Shown: positions 10,061 through 23,583 of the stretch, one piece after another | Layout of the letters: every line of letters begins with the position of its first letter | Position numbering within the stretch: the first letter of the stretch is position 1 | Source: Psammoneis japonica | Lineage: Eukaryota | Assembly: GCA_008632985.1 (NCBI GenBank) | Contig: QPGO01000134.1 | Location: forward strand, 1 to 64,000 | Reading direction: 5' to 3' | Length of the DNA stretch: 64,000 nucleotides | Made by a program: the position numbers and the translations under genes | The notes under the pieces: model-generated | Told to the model about the DNA's origin: nothing | The model's input: the letters and a program-made list of their open reading frames with translations, nothing else | Database searches by the model: none

Positions 10061-12965
10061 AAGCTGAAAATGCAATGAACAAGCTGTTCAACAATGTGAT
10101 TGACCACTCAGATGACATGCAGCACATCTGCTTCTGGCTTTCAGAGTTGCAAGATGTCATCTGTGAAGCAACAGGGAAACATGACGGTGTTGTTTTGGTC
10201 TTTGCACCAAATGCATCAGATGTTGCCCAGGTTGTGCTGGCACAACATTGGAGACAAGAAGCCAACTGTGGTGGGAAGGGTGCGCACAATGAATTCATTC
10301 CAAAAACAAAAACTTTTGTGAGTGAAAATGCTTGTGCAAGTGAGTTGATTGATTTGACATTGACCAATGCACAACAAAGAGAGAAGTCAAAAAGGTGACT
10401 CAGAAAGAGCTGTTTCCAAAAGCAAAATTCTTTGCCAAAGAAGACATGTCAAGTGGTCAAAAGGTGTCATGGCCAATGCGCAAGAATGCAGCTGGTGGCA
10501 GATTCAGCAAGCAGCAAGACTGGGCAGGAATGTGGGAAGACTGGGGGCAAAAAAGTGCATCTTCAGTGCAGTCAACACCAAAAAGGAACACCGTCACCCA
10601 GTCAATGATGAAGAATGTGACAAGTCACAAAAGTGCTGCAGAAAACATTGCCAAAAAGGTGTTGAAAATGATGCTGCCAACACAATGCTCTTTTGCACAA
10701 GTTGTGCTGACAGCAGAACAAGCAGAGGAAATCCATGGGCAAAAGCATGGCAGGAACAGAAAAGGAACAAGACAAAAAAATTAGAAAGAAGGGTGCTGCA
10801 CACCCATTGAAGAACCACCCTTTCCAACTCATGAGGACAAGACTGTGGAAATCATTGTGGGTGAAAAATTGGCCAACAAGGAAGCACGCACATGGCTCTG
10901 CAACAATGCACTGAAATTGATGAAGAGCGCTGTGGTGTGGAGAAAGTCAGGAATCAGCAAGGCTGCAGAGCTCCCTGTTGCAAACAACAAGGCTCTGGGG
11001 CTGTTGTGATGTTGGAAAACTGCTGGAAAATTGGGAAGCACAAGGCCATGAAGGACAAGAAGATTTGAGAGGGAGATGTTGCTGGAGATGATGATGAGAA
11101 CAACAAAGAAACCCCGGCGCCTGTGTGCAACGCCAACCAAGCAAAACAGCACAACTTGTTGAGAGATGCAGGAGCACAGCAGTTCAACATGCTGTGTGAG
11201 GAGGTGAAGGAAGACAGGGCAAGCAAGCCAGGTGTGCAGCTCAACACAGGGTGCAGCAATGACAACAAGAAGAAAAGTGATGAAAAAGGCAAGAGTGCAC
11301 CAACCACCAAAAGAAAGGGCACAAAAGGTGGCAAAAACACAAACCAAGCTTGAGCTTTCTGGCAATGACAAGGACAACATGGAAGAGAAAATGGGAAAAG
11401 ACAACAAAGAAGAAGACAGTTCAAGTGAAGATGAACATGGTGCACAAAAATCCACACCAGTCTGGCAAAGGAACCGTGGTGGTGCCCATTGAAAGCCCAA
11501 AATGATGCACAACAAAGTGGTGAATTGGCAATCATTGACAACTGTGCACACAATGCATTGCACTGTTCAAATTGCACACAAATGCCAACACAAAATGTCA
11601 CAATAAAGTTGGTTTCAAGGGGGGCCATCAGCTTGTTTTTTTTTTCACATCTTTTCCGGGTTTTTCCACATTTTTGATGGGTCGTGACAGAAAATTCATG
11701 ACACAAGCATGAGTGACAATGACGACGTTCACGATGAGTGGTGAGTTGCAAAGTGTCACCTCACAAGGGACACTCATTGGTTTCATCATCGTGACACAGT
11801 GCAGATTGATTTGCGTGCTTTTGTCCCTCGTGCCACTGGGCCAATTTTGAGAGATGGCATGACAGCCGTCATTGTTGTGCTTTGATTGTGGTGCCTGATG
11901 CTCTCATTTTTGCATGCGATCAAACAATTTTTACTGGGACAGAGGGTGGGCACTTTGATGGAGAAAACAGGTGGCTGTTTCACAATGGGCAGACTGGGGC
12001 AGACCCCGTGGCAATGAAATGTTTGTCTGTCACAGTCATTGGGTTTTCACCATGCAAACAACTGGCCATCTTGAATCTGTCATGGTGTTAAATTGTCACC
12101 CATGAAACAGTTAAAAAATGCTGTGAGACACCCCACACGCGCTCTGATGCACCAGCCAGGGTGCACTGTGGCAAGGAAAAAAGTGCTTCTTTCCTTTTTT
12201 TGTTGACACTGAACCACTGGTCAAAGGGGTCAGCAAGCTCCTTCATTTCTGCCACAGGCAGTGGAGTTGATGCTTTTTTGCCCTCATCAAAGCTCTCCAA
12301 CTCTGTCATGCTGTCCAGTGTGGCGTCTGCTCCCAGTTGGCACCTGCTCCACACTCGCAACTGAATTTTCAGAGATGTGCCACCAAGATTCAACAGCACA
12401 GCACCTCTCCATTTTGACTGCTTCTCTGAGTTGCCCAAGAGCTGCAGTCACTTGCACCGACCAGTGCGAGGTTCGTTCTCACTGGCAAGGGCACGAGCGC
12501 AGAAGTTGTGCTTCTCTGGATCTCACAGCACTTGTCACCCCAGCTGCAAACGCGTGCATCATTTTCACCCCAGCTTCTCAGATCATCTTCCAATGAAGCC
12601 TTCTGAGGCAGCGGCTTCATGCTCTCGAGGCCCAATTGACATTGGGGCCCAAATGCTGCAGACTAGTCTTTGGTGCATGCGGCTGCCTTTCCATCTCCAA
12701 GATTGGGATTAAAAAAGGAGAGTTCTGCAGGAATCACAGCGAACATTGTCCCCACCACAGGGTGCGTCCGTTGCTCTCCAGCAGAAGTCCTTCCGCTGAC
12801 AACATTCCAAAGCACTGATGTTGTCGGCAAGCACCGTGCGGCGCAGCACTTGCTTTGGATGAGCACTTGAGAAGTCATTGGCAGGTGCTTGGGCACAACC
12901 TGGTTTTGCGAAGCAACAGCGGGAAACCAACAACAGAGGTTGACCGACCGTCAACCCATCCACGC
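10060..12965. mobile_element. TpA/CpG-depleted decayed repeat region with unidentified ORF remnants (probably TE-derived)
   Basis: Broken plus-strand ORF remnants (e.g. KELFPKAKFF...W...KRNTVTQSM) and minus-strand remnants at 11800-12960. TpA is almost absent. I do not recognise the family. Confidence 0.5.
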
Positions 12966-12982
12966 CAAGTAGATTTTTTTAT

Positions 12983-13547
12983 CTAGAGCCTGACAAGTGC
13001 CTCCACTCTGCGCGATGGCATGTCTTGTTGCGGTTTTGAAGGACGAGCAAGGACGCTGTTCGGAAACAAGTCACCGACGGCTGTGGCGTCATTGTGGCAC
13101 ACCTCTCGTTCTGCATCTGTGTAGAACTTGTGAAACGCTGCTTGTTTCATGGGGACAAAACGTCCTCTGTCTTGAGACAACAAATGCTCGGCCTCTTTGG
13201 TGACGCGTAGCAACTTGTTGCCATATGCCATATCCGCCAAGTTACCCAGCACAAGTGCGCCCACGACGATGGGTACGCCAAAACTGGTGGTGGCTTGCGT
13301 CCGGCAATTTGTGCCATGGTCGCTCCAGTCACGAGGGTTGCCCAAGCCGTCCCATAAATCTGCAGCGTGTCACGTGCTCTGGCTACTTGGACAGCCATTT
13401 GTACTTCTCTCTGGAGCATCATTCGTCGCGCAACTTCATCTTCAATGCTGGATCGAATCTTTTGAAACTTTGACGACCCTCCACATCGTCGTCTTGCTGC
13501 TGCCCAGTGCTTTGTTTTCCGACTTGCTTGCTGTTTGAACCTCCCAT
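12983..13547 (-). CDS. Plasminogen receptor KT (PLGRKT)-like membrane protein; two 1-nt frameshifts, probably assembly errors
   Basis: MGGSNSK N-terminus, then RRMMLQREVQMAVQVARARD...VPIVVGALVLGNLADMAYGNKLLRVTKEAEHLL, which resembles the PLGRKT family. Frames are restored by one extra base in a G run and one in a T run. Confidence 0.7.
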
Positions 13548-14281
13548 GATGAGCTGCAAAGCGCCACAGTCTGTGATGTGAGGTAGCGTGTACTCGTAGC
13601 GTTGGCCGAATCCAGAATAGGGTGATGTGAAGGTGTTTTGTTGTTCTTTGGCTATCGGCGGGAGCTGGCGCAGTAGAATTCGAAGCTGTTCGCCTGTTCG
13701 CGGGTCACCAAAGATGCGCGCAGTGAAGCCACCAGGCAGAATGGCATCCATTGATGCCGTATCATAATTACTAGAGAGTAGCTACTCTAGAGTGGCATTG
13801 TGGTGGTAGTAGAGAGTATAGCCATGAGGCACTCCTGCAAAAGTGCCGCACTCTAGCTCCAGTGGCTCTCTCGAGGGCGGTCCACATCACCTTTGACTTC
13901 AGTGAAAAATGATTTCAAGCTTGCTTGTAATTTCTTAGGACTGTTCCTTATGGACATTCGGTTATCTTCTTCTCATTTCATTCAGCATTACACGATGTCC
14001 TGGTTAATGATCTCCTTCTTGACTTTTAACCGAAGCAAAATTTCGTAGCATTGTAAATGCTCCAGGTAGAAACACTGCTGAAGGTACATGCATGTGCTCG
14101 TGAAGAGAGAATCGTCCATTCTTCGATCGCACCATCGTACCAGTAGTGCATCCGCCGCTGTCCAAAATGTCTAGACAATGTTACAAATGTACGAGTAGTT
14201 TTATATCTATTTACTTTAGAGTTCAAACCGGATAGGTTTGCCATGGAAATCCGCTTTTCGAATCATCGACGACTCTCCTCG

Positions 14282-15430
14282 CTACGCCATTTTGCGCTTT
14301 TTCCCGCTTGCTTTTGAACCCCGCACCCGCTTCATGATAAAAGTCAGAATGAAAAGAACAATTGTTGCAGGAATGACCATGGCTGACACGGTTTGTACCT
14401 TGACCGAAAGCGCGGAATTGCTCTTTGGGAACGGCTTGTCCGGACATTGTTCAACGTTGAGGAATTCACAGAGCGGCTCCCACCCTTCCTTGACGCTGTA
14501 TTCCAACAGTCGGTCAGACGGAATGATTTCCCGTACACGTTCATTATGAAGTTCATAGGAAGCTATTGCTGCTTCTTTATTCTGGTCAGGAAGGGGGAAG
14601 GGGGCCGTCAAGAAAGAATCATCGTGGTTGATCATGCTAAAAAGCCATCGGTAGTATTTGTTGAGTTTCTTTGCATGCCATAGGAATCTAAAGCGACGAG
14701 TCGGCACCGTAATGGCCTTGGTGAGCATATTCCACGAATTGAACCAAATATCTGACGTTGCCCGCGTTGTCAAGATGAATTTTGATTCAGGATACTGCTC
14801 CATAATTTGTTCAAAGTAAAGAGCCGTCGGTAAGTCCATAGTGGCGGTAAAGCCGTGATCCACAATAAGATCAAAGTCTGGAGACATCAAGGAAGCTTTA
14901 TTTGCTTCAATAGACGGCTGAAACACTTTATCCGTCCACATGTCTAGAATATCCCGACTCTCGTACATGTGTTGAGTATGCAACGTGGGGTAGCCTAATT
15001 CTTCCAAGGCCAACGCCAACGAGTAGGTTCCTGTTCGCCCATACCCGACACCAATTACCTTGAGAGTTTCAGCACTGTCTTGCTTACGAGTTGAAAGTTC
15101 CACACCAATCAATCCGAGTGCCGGACGCACCACTCGTGTCTTGAGAAAATCTTCGGCAAACCAGAAACCATGAGACGATCCTACGACAACGCCAGAGCAT
15201 ACATCACGAACGATCTCTGCAAAGTCAGGCATGCTATTGCTTGTGAAAAGGCGGGGAAAGAATTGAGTTACAGTAGTGGAGCTGCTGTAAACGGATGATG
15301 AGGTTGTGTTGCTGATGTCGTTCATATTTTTTTTTTTATGATACGTGGTTGACAACAGGAAGTTGACAGCAAACGCATCAGCATACGAACTCCAAGTGCG
15401 TGCGGAAGTGCGTGGATGATGGGTTCGCAA
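14282..15430 (-). CDS. Sulfotransferase-family (P-loop) protein with C-terminal TM helix
   Basis: LKVIGVGYGRTGTYSLALALEELGY, DLPTALYFEQIMEQYPESKFILTTR, IPSDRLLEYSVKEGWEPLCEFL...PFP. The start codon is uncertain. Confidence 0.85.
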   Translation of the reverse strand: MRTHHPRTSARTWSSYADAFAVNFLLSTTYHKKKNMNDISNTTSSSVYSSSTTVTQFFPRLFTSNSMPDFAEIVRDVCSGVVVGSSHGFWFAEDFLKTRVVRPALGLIGVELSTRKQDSAETLKVIGVGYGRTGTYSLALALEELGYPTLHTQHMYESRDILDMWTDKVFQPSIEANKASLMSPDFDLIVDHGFTATMDLPTALYFEQIMEQYPESKFILTTRATSDIWFNSWNMLTKAITVPTRRFRFLWHAKKLNKYYRWLFSMINHDDSFLTAPFPLPDQNKEAAIASYELHNERVREIIPSDRLLEYSVKEGWEPLCEFLNVEQCPDKPFPKSNSALSVKVQTVSAMVIPATIVLFILTFIMKRVRGSKASGKKRKMA

Positions 15431-15677
15431 GACTGACTGGCAATCAAGCGAATCGTGTCAATCCAGTCGCGCTTCTCCAAATCATGTAGAAGCTACGTAA
15501 ACCAATACTGAACAGGTTATGTTTATACTTTTATTTTTGTATTAGTGAATGTGGAGATAAAAATCATTGTGAGTCCCGAGTGACAACGGACAACCATCAA
15601 CAATCACAATCCATCCTTCGCTCGCATGACATTGCGTCTGTTGATGTTGAGTTGACAAGGTTCCCGCGTTTTCAACA

Positions 15678-16193
15678 ATGAGGCTATCTGTTGTTATTTT
15701 GGGGCTTGTAGGATTGATTTTTGGTGGCGAGGCATTTGGAATTGACAATCCCAATAGAGAATGCCGCTCAAGTCAACAAACTCAGGCCAAAGTGGCTCTT
15801 GAAGAATCGGCTACGACAAGGAGAAATATTCTTTCTCAATCGTTGTTAGGATTCTCCATTTTGTTCACATCGCCAAACCCAAGTAATGCCATAAAAAACA
15901 AATCGTACAGTGCTAACGCGAGAAACATGGAGCGCCTGAATGTGGGTGATGCTTCCGGCGGGAGCGTTTATGACAACAACCCCAGTACGGCGCGAGGACG
16001 TAATCGCCGTGCCATGACGGGATGCAAAATTCCATCTGCTCGAGAAGAAGCTGCATTTCGTGCAAGCATTCCAAAACTCTCGGAAAAAGACTGCAATGTG
16101 CAAGTCATGGATAGCGGTCCTGATTTCATGCTGGAGGCCATGCGAAGTCTCGAGTGTCCCACTTGTCCATATGGTGTTAACCCCAAGCGTTAG
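15678..16193 (+). CDS. Hypothetical plastid protein, probably thylakoid-lumenal
   Basis: Signal peptide ending in EAF, twin-arginine TRRNIL followed by a hydrophobic stretch and an SNA cleavage site; C-terminal CPTCP. Confidence 0.65.
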   Translation: MRLSVVILGLVGLIFGGEAFGIDNPNRECRSSQQTQAKVALEESATTRRNILSQSLLGFSILFTSPNPSNAIKNKSYSANARNMERLNVGDASGGSVYDNNPSTARGRNRRAMTGCKIPSAREEAAFRASIPKLSEKDCNVQVMDSGPDFMLEAMRSLECPTCPYGVNPKR

Positions 16194-18309
16194 AATGACA
16201 CAAGATGCCATGAGCTGATTCTTGGAAATTGGCATTACATTCCTGGTTTTTCACGCACGTCAGCGGCGATCAGAAGGGACGGAAATGGGAATTACGAATC
16301 ATCTGCAGCACACAGTAACTTTGAGTGCAGGTAGTAGAAGTAGTATGTAGTAGGTTTTATACCAAGACGAACCTATGTGGCGGATCGCGTTTTGATCAGG
16401 TGAAACAGAGTCGGTCAGGATCAAAGAGTCTCATATATTCGCGATCTCTCTTTTTTTCTCCCTCTCTCTACACCCCTCATGGGCAGTTTGAAAAAATGAA
16501 TGCGGCGAGACAATGCAGGAAAAAGCAAGAGGGAAACTGGAGTTGAATGCTGTAGCTCTATTCATCCTTGTCACTTGCACCAAGATTAAGGTCACGGCAT
16601 GCCCTGATATCACACATAAGAAGATAGATGACATGTTGTCGGTAGCGTAGCTAGAGGCGCTGCTGTATTATAGTCGTCTTTCCTTTACGCGATGCACGCA
16701 CAACCTATTTTGGGAGTGGACAGACGGATGGAAAAATTCTGGAGAAATGAGCGAGTCGAAAAGTCAAAATGCTGCAGCTGACCTCAAAACAAGGATGAAG
16801 TCGATGCATCCTGAATCATCAAGCAAGCAATCTACCCTCACTCTAAATCTCAGTGTGGAGATCAGAACAGGGCAAACCAGAGGCACCGTGGGAGCTGGCA
16901 CATGCCTGTGCTGAGTGGAGCTCCAGCTTGCTGCTTGCCATTTGAACACATGTGCCCTGTCTGTGTGTCATTGCATTTCTGCTCGGCCACTCATTGCAGC
17001 ACCTGGCAAGGTGGAGCTGCACAGCAGAAATGGTGTTTGGTTGACAATTTGCAAAGGGGAGGTCCAAACACAGCAAAGATGGCCACAGCTCCAGCAGCTT
17101 GAAGAGCGTTCAGCCATGACGCCCGTTGCTTGTCTGCACAACCTTTGTCTCTCACCAGCTCCCATCCATCACATCTGGCTGGGAACTCCCAGGTTCTCAT
17201 GTCTGTTGGGCAGCTGTCAATTGAAGCTCTGCCTGCCAAAACAGAGAGGCTTGTTGTCAAAGGCATTGGCAAGGTGTTCTGGGCACTTCAAGCCATGGAT
17301 GAAAGCAAAGCTCACATCCACAGACTTGTGTTGCTGCTGCTTCTGCACACCCAAAGCCAAAGTCCACTGGCTGGTGGTGCCACACAGTCTTGCCATGCAG
17401 CCTTTCCTGGAAACACCTCCAATTTTTCTCTTTTGAAAGCACATCAATGAGCAGGGGATGAAGCATTTTGTGTCTTGTGCCAGCCTTGCTTCCCATTGAT
17501 TGACACGTGTGAGTGCTCTTCTTCTCACATTTGAGCACAATGTGTTGGCAGCTTGCTCATTGAGGGTCTTGAGAAACTGATGCACAGCTTCTGTTGAATG
17601 TGACTGCCACTTGGAGCTGTCTTTTTCCACGTGCCAACCTTTTGACAAGCCTTTTAACAAGCCTTTGCCAGCAATGGCTTTGCATGGTGTCAGGGAGAAC
17701 ACCATGTTGACTGGCTGCACTTGTCTTGCTTGGTGTGAAAGAAGCACACTGTCCAAATCAAAGTGTCACCTGGGGTCCATCAAAGACTGTTTTGATGTCC
17801 TCTGCTGGCAGTTGTTGCCCCCCACCACTGCCCTCTGGAGGCACAACAGTTTGGAAACAAGTCAAGTCCAGCTGCTGCTGTCAGGGACAAGATGATGTGG
17901 TGGGACCACAACACCACAAGATGAACCTTGCAATGCCCAACCACAGTTCTCAAAGTCACACTTGGGGCCCACCAAAGACCACCAATGCCCTCTGCTGGCA
18001 GTTGTCAGGTTGGTTGGTGCTGTCATGGGGCCCTCATGCTCTGGAGGTTGGCAGCATCAGGTTCATTCTAAAATTGTCATGGCATTGTTTGTGTTCACAC
18101 CTGACCATGCACAAAATGACAACATTGTGCACCACTTCTGGTGTGCATGTGACCTTTGACACACAAAAAGCAAATGCAAAACAAACAACAAGAGTTGACA
18201 AAGGGTCCCCCTCCATTTGTTTTGACCTCAGCAAAGCACAAAAAAATGCACACACACTTGTCGCTGCCCATTTGGCCAAATTTGAGCAAAAAACAAACAG
18301 CAAATGACC

Positions 18310-19480
18310 CACCTCAAGAGCTGCAGCTGGACATTGCAAGGCAGATTTTGTGGTGTTGTGGCCCCATGTCACCTTGTCCCCAACAGAAGCAGACTTGAGC
18401 TTCCAAGTTCCAAACTTGACAGCACCAACAACCAACTTAACCACAGCAAGCTGAGAGCATTGGCAGTCTTTGGTGGACTCCAGGTGTGACTTCAAGAACT
18501 GTGGCTGGATGTTGCAAGGTTGATGTTGTGGTGTTGTGGCCCCATGATGTCACCTTGTTCTCAATGCCAGGAGCAGACTTGAGCTTCCAAACTCAAGAGT
18601 CCAAGGACCCCAAGGACAGCACACCAGCCAACCCAACAACAGCAAGCTGAGGGCATTGGCAGTCTTTGGTTGCCCCCTGGCATTGCCCCTGGAACTGTGG
18701 TTGGATGTTGCAAGGTCAATGTTGTGGTGTTGTGGCTCCATGTCACCTTGTCCTCAACAGAATGAGCAGACTTGACTTTCCAAACCCCAGAGTGCAGGGA
18801 TCCCATGATGGTGCCAACCAACCCAACAACTGCCAGCAGGTTGCACTGATGGTTTGGTTGCTGGTGGCCCCCATGCAACACTTCAAGAACTGTGGCTTGG
18901 TGCTGCAAGGTTGATCTTCCGACCCAACAACAGCAAGCTGAGGGCATTGGCGGTCTTTGGTTGCCCCCTGGCATTGCCCCTGGAACTGCAGTTGGATGTT
19001 GCAAGGTCAATGTTGTGGTGTTGTGGCTCCACGTCACCTTGTCCTCAGCAGAATGAGCGGACTTGACTTTCCAAACCCCAGAGTGCAGGGATTCCATGAT
19101 GGTGCCAACCAACCCAACAACTGCCAGCAGGTTGCACTGATGGTGTGGTTGCTGGTGGGCCCCATGCAACACTTCAAGAACTGTGGCTGGGGTGCTGCAA
19201 GGTTGATCTTGAAGTGTTGTGGCCCTGTGCCACATTGTGCCCAACACAGCTGCAGACTTGAGCTTCCAAACTCCAGAGTCTGAGGACCCCGTGACAGCAC
19301 CAACCAACCTGACAACAGCAAGCTGAGGACACTGGTGCTGTCTGGTGTGAACCCCAGGCAATGCTTTAAGAGCCATGGTTGAGCATTTTGCAAGGTCAAT
19401 CTTGTGGTGTGGTGGCCCCATGCCACATTGTCCCCAACAGCAGCAGACTTGAATTTCCAAACTCCAGAGTTGCTCATTCA
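18310..19480. repeat. Tandem array of ~195-bp units, with an inverted partial copy at ~17760-18055
   Basis: The anchor TGCAAGG recurs at ~18335, 18512, 18708, 18903, 18998, 19195 and 19388. The stretches 18630-18920 and 18921-19210 are near-identical. Confidence 0.85.
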
Positions 19481-22185
19481 AAGGTTTGACTGCTGAGTCA
19501 AAGCTGTGAAAAGGAATGTGCTGGGAATGCCAGAAATGTGGAGTTGTTTTGTTGCAGTGTCAAAATGGCTTGAAGAGGAAAATTTAGAAATTTGAAGCAG
19601 CACTTTAAAAAGGTTTCTCTTTGTGGGAGCAATGAAAAAACTGTGATGAATGGGGAAGCTTTCTTCCACATCACTCTGATCTAAAGTTCAAGCAAGAACT
19701 TATCCAGTGAGATGATTGGCTGGGATGAGAATTGCAAATGTGAGGTTCAGCTTTGCTGGTTGCATGCTGCACAGGTTTTGGAGGCTTGCAGCCTTGCCAA
19801 GCTTTCTTGTCATGAGTTGAGTCTTCATGGCCAATCTCATTGATGACTCAGTTGTTGCAATGTGGCACCACTCACCTGTGCTGACCTTTGCACAGAGTCT
19901 CAAAGTCAAGTGAGTTTTATGTTGCCAAAGCCTTGGTTGCAACTGCTGCTCATGGAGTCTGGGTCCAGAGGTTGGGTGCATGGAAAACAGCACCTGTCAT
20001 CTTTCTCTTCAACAAGCAAATTGTGAGCACCATCACTTGGACAAGCATGGCATCCAAACAACCCTCTGCAATCTTCTGCAAGAGAGACAAAACTGGTGCA
20101 TTTTCAGAGCAACAAAGAAGAGCTGCACAAACAGTGGACATGATTTGGTGTTCACTTGCAGAAATCCTCTGCCACAGCTGAAACACAGTGCAGCATGTGC
20201 AGTCACAGACTGAAACAAAAACCCAAAATCAAATCACAACCATGTTGGCCCAGATGACTTGGCACCCCAAAAAGTGTCAGCAGCACATTTGTTGTTGATC
20301 AACAGCTTTAATTAAAGTGGTGCTGAACAAAGCGCAGATTGACCCATGCTGTGATCTGGGTTAAGTTGGAGGACGACAAGCATTTGTGGCAACAGGAAGC
20401 ATGAATGATGACATGGATTAAAAATGACAACATGGAAATTGCAGGGGCTGCTTGACAATGTGAGTCAGGCTCCAGAGTGCAAATTGACATTGGACATGAT
20501 GAGGAAAGGACTCAAGTTTGCAGCTGCATTGTTTTGTCAAAAAGGGGTTTGATTTGATGACAAGTTCATGTCAAAAGGAGAGTCTTTTCATTGTTGTCAG
20601 CCATGCAACAAGGACACAGTGGGTTGTGACAGGGGTGCACCACTGTCATGAAAACAACAGATCAGCAGCTGAGTTGTGTGGTGCCCAATTCAACAAAGCA
20701 ACAAGCACGCATCAGAAACACTGAAAAACATGCAGTGGACAATTGGGCTGAAGATCTTCCAAAAAATGAACCAACTCTGACCAAGATGCCAGGCCACAAG
20801 ACACAAGACAAGACATTGCAAATCCATGACCACTGGAAAAATTGGTTGTGAGCCTCAAATGATGACTTTGGCAATGCCAGATTTGCAACTGAAAATGAGC
20901 CAGTGTCAGAACATCATTCAAAATCACAGCGGCAGCATTGGCCACCTTGTTTGATTTTTGCAAAATCATGACACCTGTGAAGGGTGCAATCACAGGTGCA
21001 AGAATTTTGATTTTTGCCTTTGTCTTCTTGTCAAGAGCATGTCACAGATGCACTTGGAGGCCTGGCTGATCTTTTGCCAGCAGCGCACCTCAGTGTGTGC
21101 AAGCATCAGCACCTTTTGAGTTGTCACAAAAGGTCCAGTCAATGTGACACTTGTTGCCAGATGATGGCAGCTCTGGCTGCAATCAGAGGCATTGTTGGCC
21201 CTGAAGCCAAGAGCAAAGAGTTGACACTTTTGCTTCCATGCTGTGATTGCCTTTGTCACTGTCCCTTTTGCTGCCAAGGCAGCTGGGCTGGCCACTTTTT
21301 GCATGTGGTCAAGATCATTGCAGTGTGCTGAGTGTCATCTTTTGATTTGCTTGTGATCCCTGGCAGAAAATGCAGGTGTGTGCTTGTTGACTCATGCCAC
21401 ACCAGCCATTGCTAACTTGTCTGCTTTGTTCAGGTCATTCAATGCTTTTGGGGCTTTCCCTCTTGCCAATCTGAAACAAAGAGCGTTCTTCAGGAGCTTG
21501 CTCAAATTGTTCTTCATTTGATTCAATCCACAGGAACATGAATTGCAGCAACCAAGAGCTTCTTCATCTCCCTTTTTTGCAGCACAGGATCATGGAAAAA
21601 GAAGTGATCTGGATGGAAATTGTCAATGCTTGCTAATTCTGGTGTTGCAACAAAGAGTGGCGCAGCATTTTTTTGCCACCAGATTTGCTGAGCAGAGTCA
21701 TTTTTTTCCAGCTCACACTGAAGAAACATCTTTGGATCTTTCAGAGCAGCACTTTGGTGTTTCCTTCATGACCTGCAAGGTGGTCACATCTCATGCTTCA
21801 GCAAAAGGCTTGTCACCTTTGTGTGCTGAATCACTCAGTGCAGCTTCTGTGCTGCTGGCTGCTGTTGTGGTGCCAGCATTGGTGACAAGCACAGAGAGAG
21901 TGTGGCAACTCTTTTGCACTGAGAGAGCATCAAGGGTGGAAGTGTGAATGCCTGCCAAGCTGCTGGTGTTTTGTTGAAAAAAATTGTGAAGAGTTTTGCA
22001 CAAATTTGACTCCTGGGCATCCACCCATCAGAGCAAACAAAGCTGCTTTCTGACATCTGCTGCTGACATTTTGTTGTAAAAAATTGTAAAGAGTTTTGCA
22101 CAAGTTTAACTCCTGAGCATCTGCACATCACATTTGACATTGATGGGCAACACTCCTGTTCAAATGTCCACAAAACTTTTTGTGC

Positions 22186-22186
<1 letters not shown>

Positions 22187-22245
<59 letters not shown>
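22187..22245. repeat. (AAC)n microsatellite, ~19 units
   Basis: Perfect trinucleotide run, seen directly. Confidence 0.95.
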
Positions 22246-23583
22246 ACCAGTGGTGCAATGCAAGCAAAGCCATGTGCTTTCATTTTGCTTCATTGAACTG
22301 TCTCACAATTTGATTTTGATGTTGCAATCAGGTGTGCACTCAGTCTTCTCTTTGCCAGCACTGCAGCCATTGGGGCAAAGCAAGCAAGAGGAACAAGCAA
22401 CTGGCAAAAACTCTAAAGAAGAGACTGAGCCCCAAGATGCAAAAGGAAGAAAAGTGCCCCCCACATGAGAGGAGAAGAAGCCTCTTCCTTGCATGCTCAA
22501 ACAACTCAACCAAAGACATCACTCAGCTGGCAGATGAGGTTTTTTGCTTTCAGATGTTGCCACAAGAGAGCCAGCTCTTTGACAACCATGAAGATCCAAA
22601 AGAAAGCAGCTGGCCTGCCAGGACTCATCCAACCACAATGGTGAAAACACTGCCAAATCTTGTCATCAGCTTGGTCAGCTCATCAAGACTTGGGCAATGA
22701 TGAGCCACAAAGACAACAAGCACAAGACAGAGCACACTGTTGTTGACAAGATGATTCCATGTTTGCTTGCTCTCCTCTCATTTTGTGCCAGAACATTTGT
22801 GGGCTGCAAATGCCATCGTCAAGTTGATCAGAGAGGTGTGTGATGAAGATGATGCTGATGGGCATTTTGTGACACTTGCACAGATGTCGGCAAGTCATGG
22901 GTTGGACGTGTGTGTGTGGGTGATGAGTGCCAAACACAGGCCAGAAGCCCACGAACATTGTGGATGTCCTTCTCCCTGACATTCATCATCCATGCATTGA
23001 ACATTTTATTGTCACGCTTTGATGGCCACTGCACTGAAGAGAAAGAAACAACGTCAGCAATGCGTGCATCTGATTCATTGGATGAACCCACCCCCACGCC
23101 GCCGTCCAGCAAAGCATCCAGCCAGTGGCTTCTAGTGTGAAAATTTTTGCGCACATGATGCATCTGGCTGTCATCCCACATGCTTTGATTTGGTCACATT
23201 GGATTCTCTTTGTTCTTTGTGAATCATCTTTTGCCATGTGGCATCCAGTGACAGAAGCAGATCTGGACAGAGTCTTGGTGGGAGGGAGTGTGGAGCACCT
23301 TTTGCATTTGGCTGACTGGAGTGACCACAGCGCACTTCACTTTGGAGATCACCTGCAGCACTCCAACCTTGGCGGACACGAGGGTGGCACATGGGAGCCA
23401 TCATTCATGAGTTGGAGAGTGAGTTCCAAGTGCAGCAGCAACAAGCCGAGGAGCTCTTGATGACTGCATTTTGGCTCAAAACTCTGCCAAACAACATCCA
23501 AACTGACTCCAGAGACAGCAATGCATCAGCGCTTCAGTGGCTTTTGGATGCTCTCGAGGAAGTTAGAATGGAGTCATGCTGTG

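Noticed and set aside
13770..13860. Hairpin GGCACT...AGTGCC followed by CTAG as a Helitron 3' end
   Set aside because: The stem is short, there is no T after CTAG and no matching 5' end; CTAG/TAG-rich patches occur in several intergenic regions here.
18310..19480. CRISPR-like repeat array
   Set aside because: Units are ~195 bp and homologous along their whole length, with no unique spacers and no cas genes; the context is eukaryotic.
22187..22245. (CAA)n run as a converted (TAA)n microsatellite or a poly-Gln/Leu exon
   Set aside because: No unmutated copy is available to test this, simple slippage explains it, and no credible ORF surrounds it.
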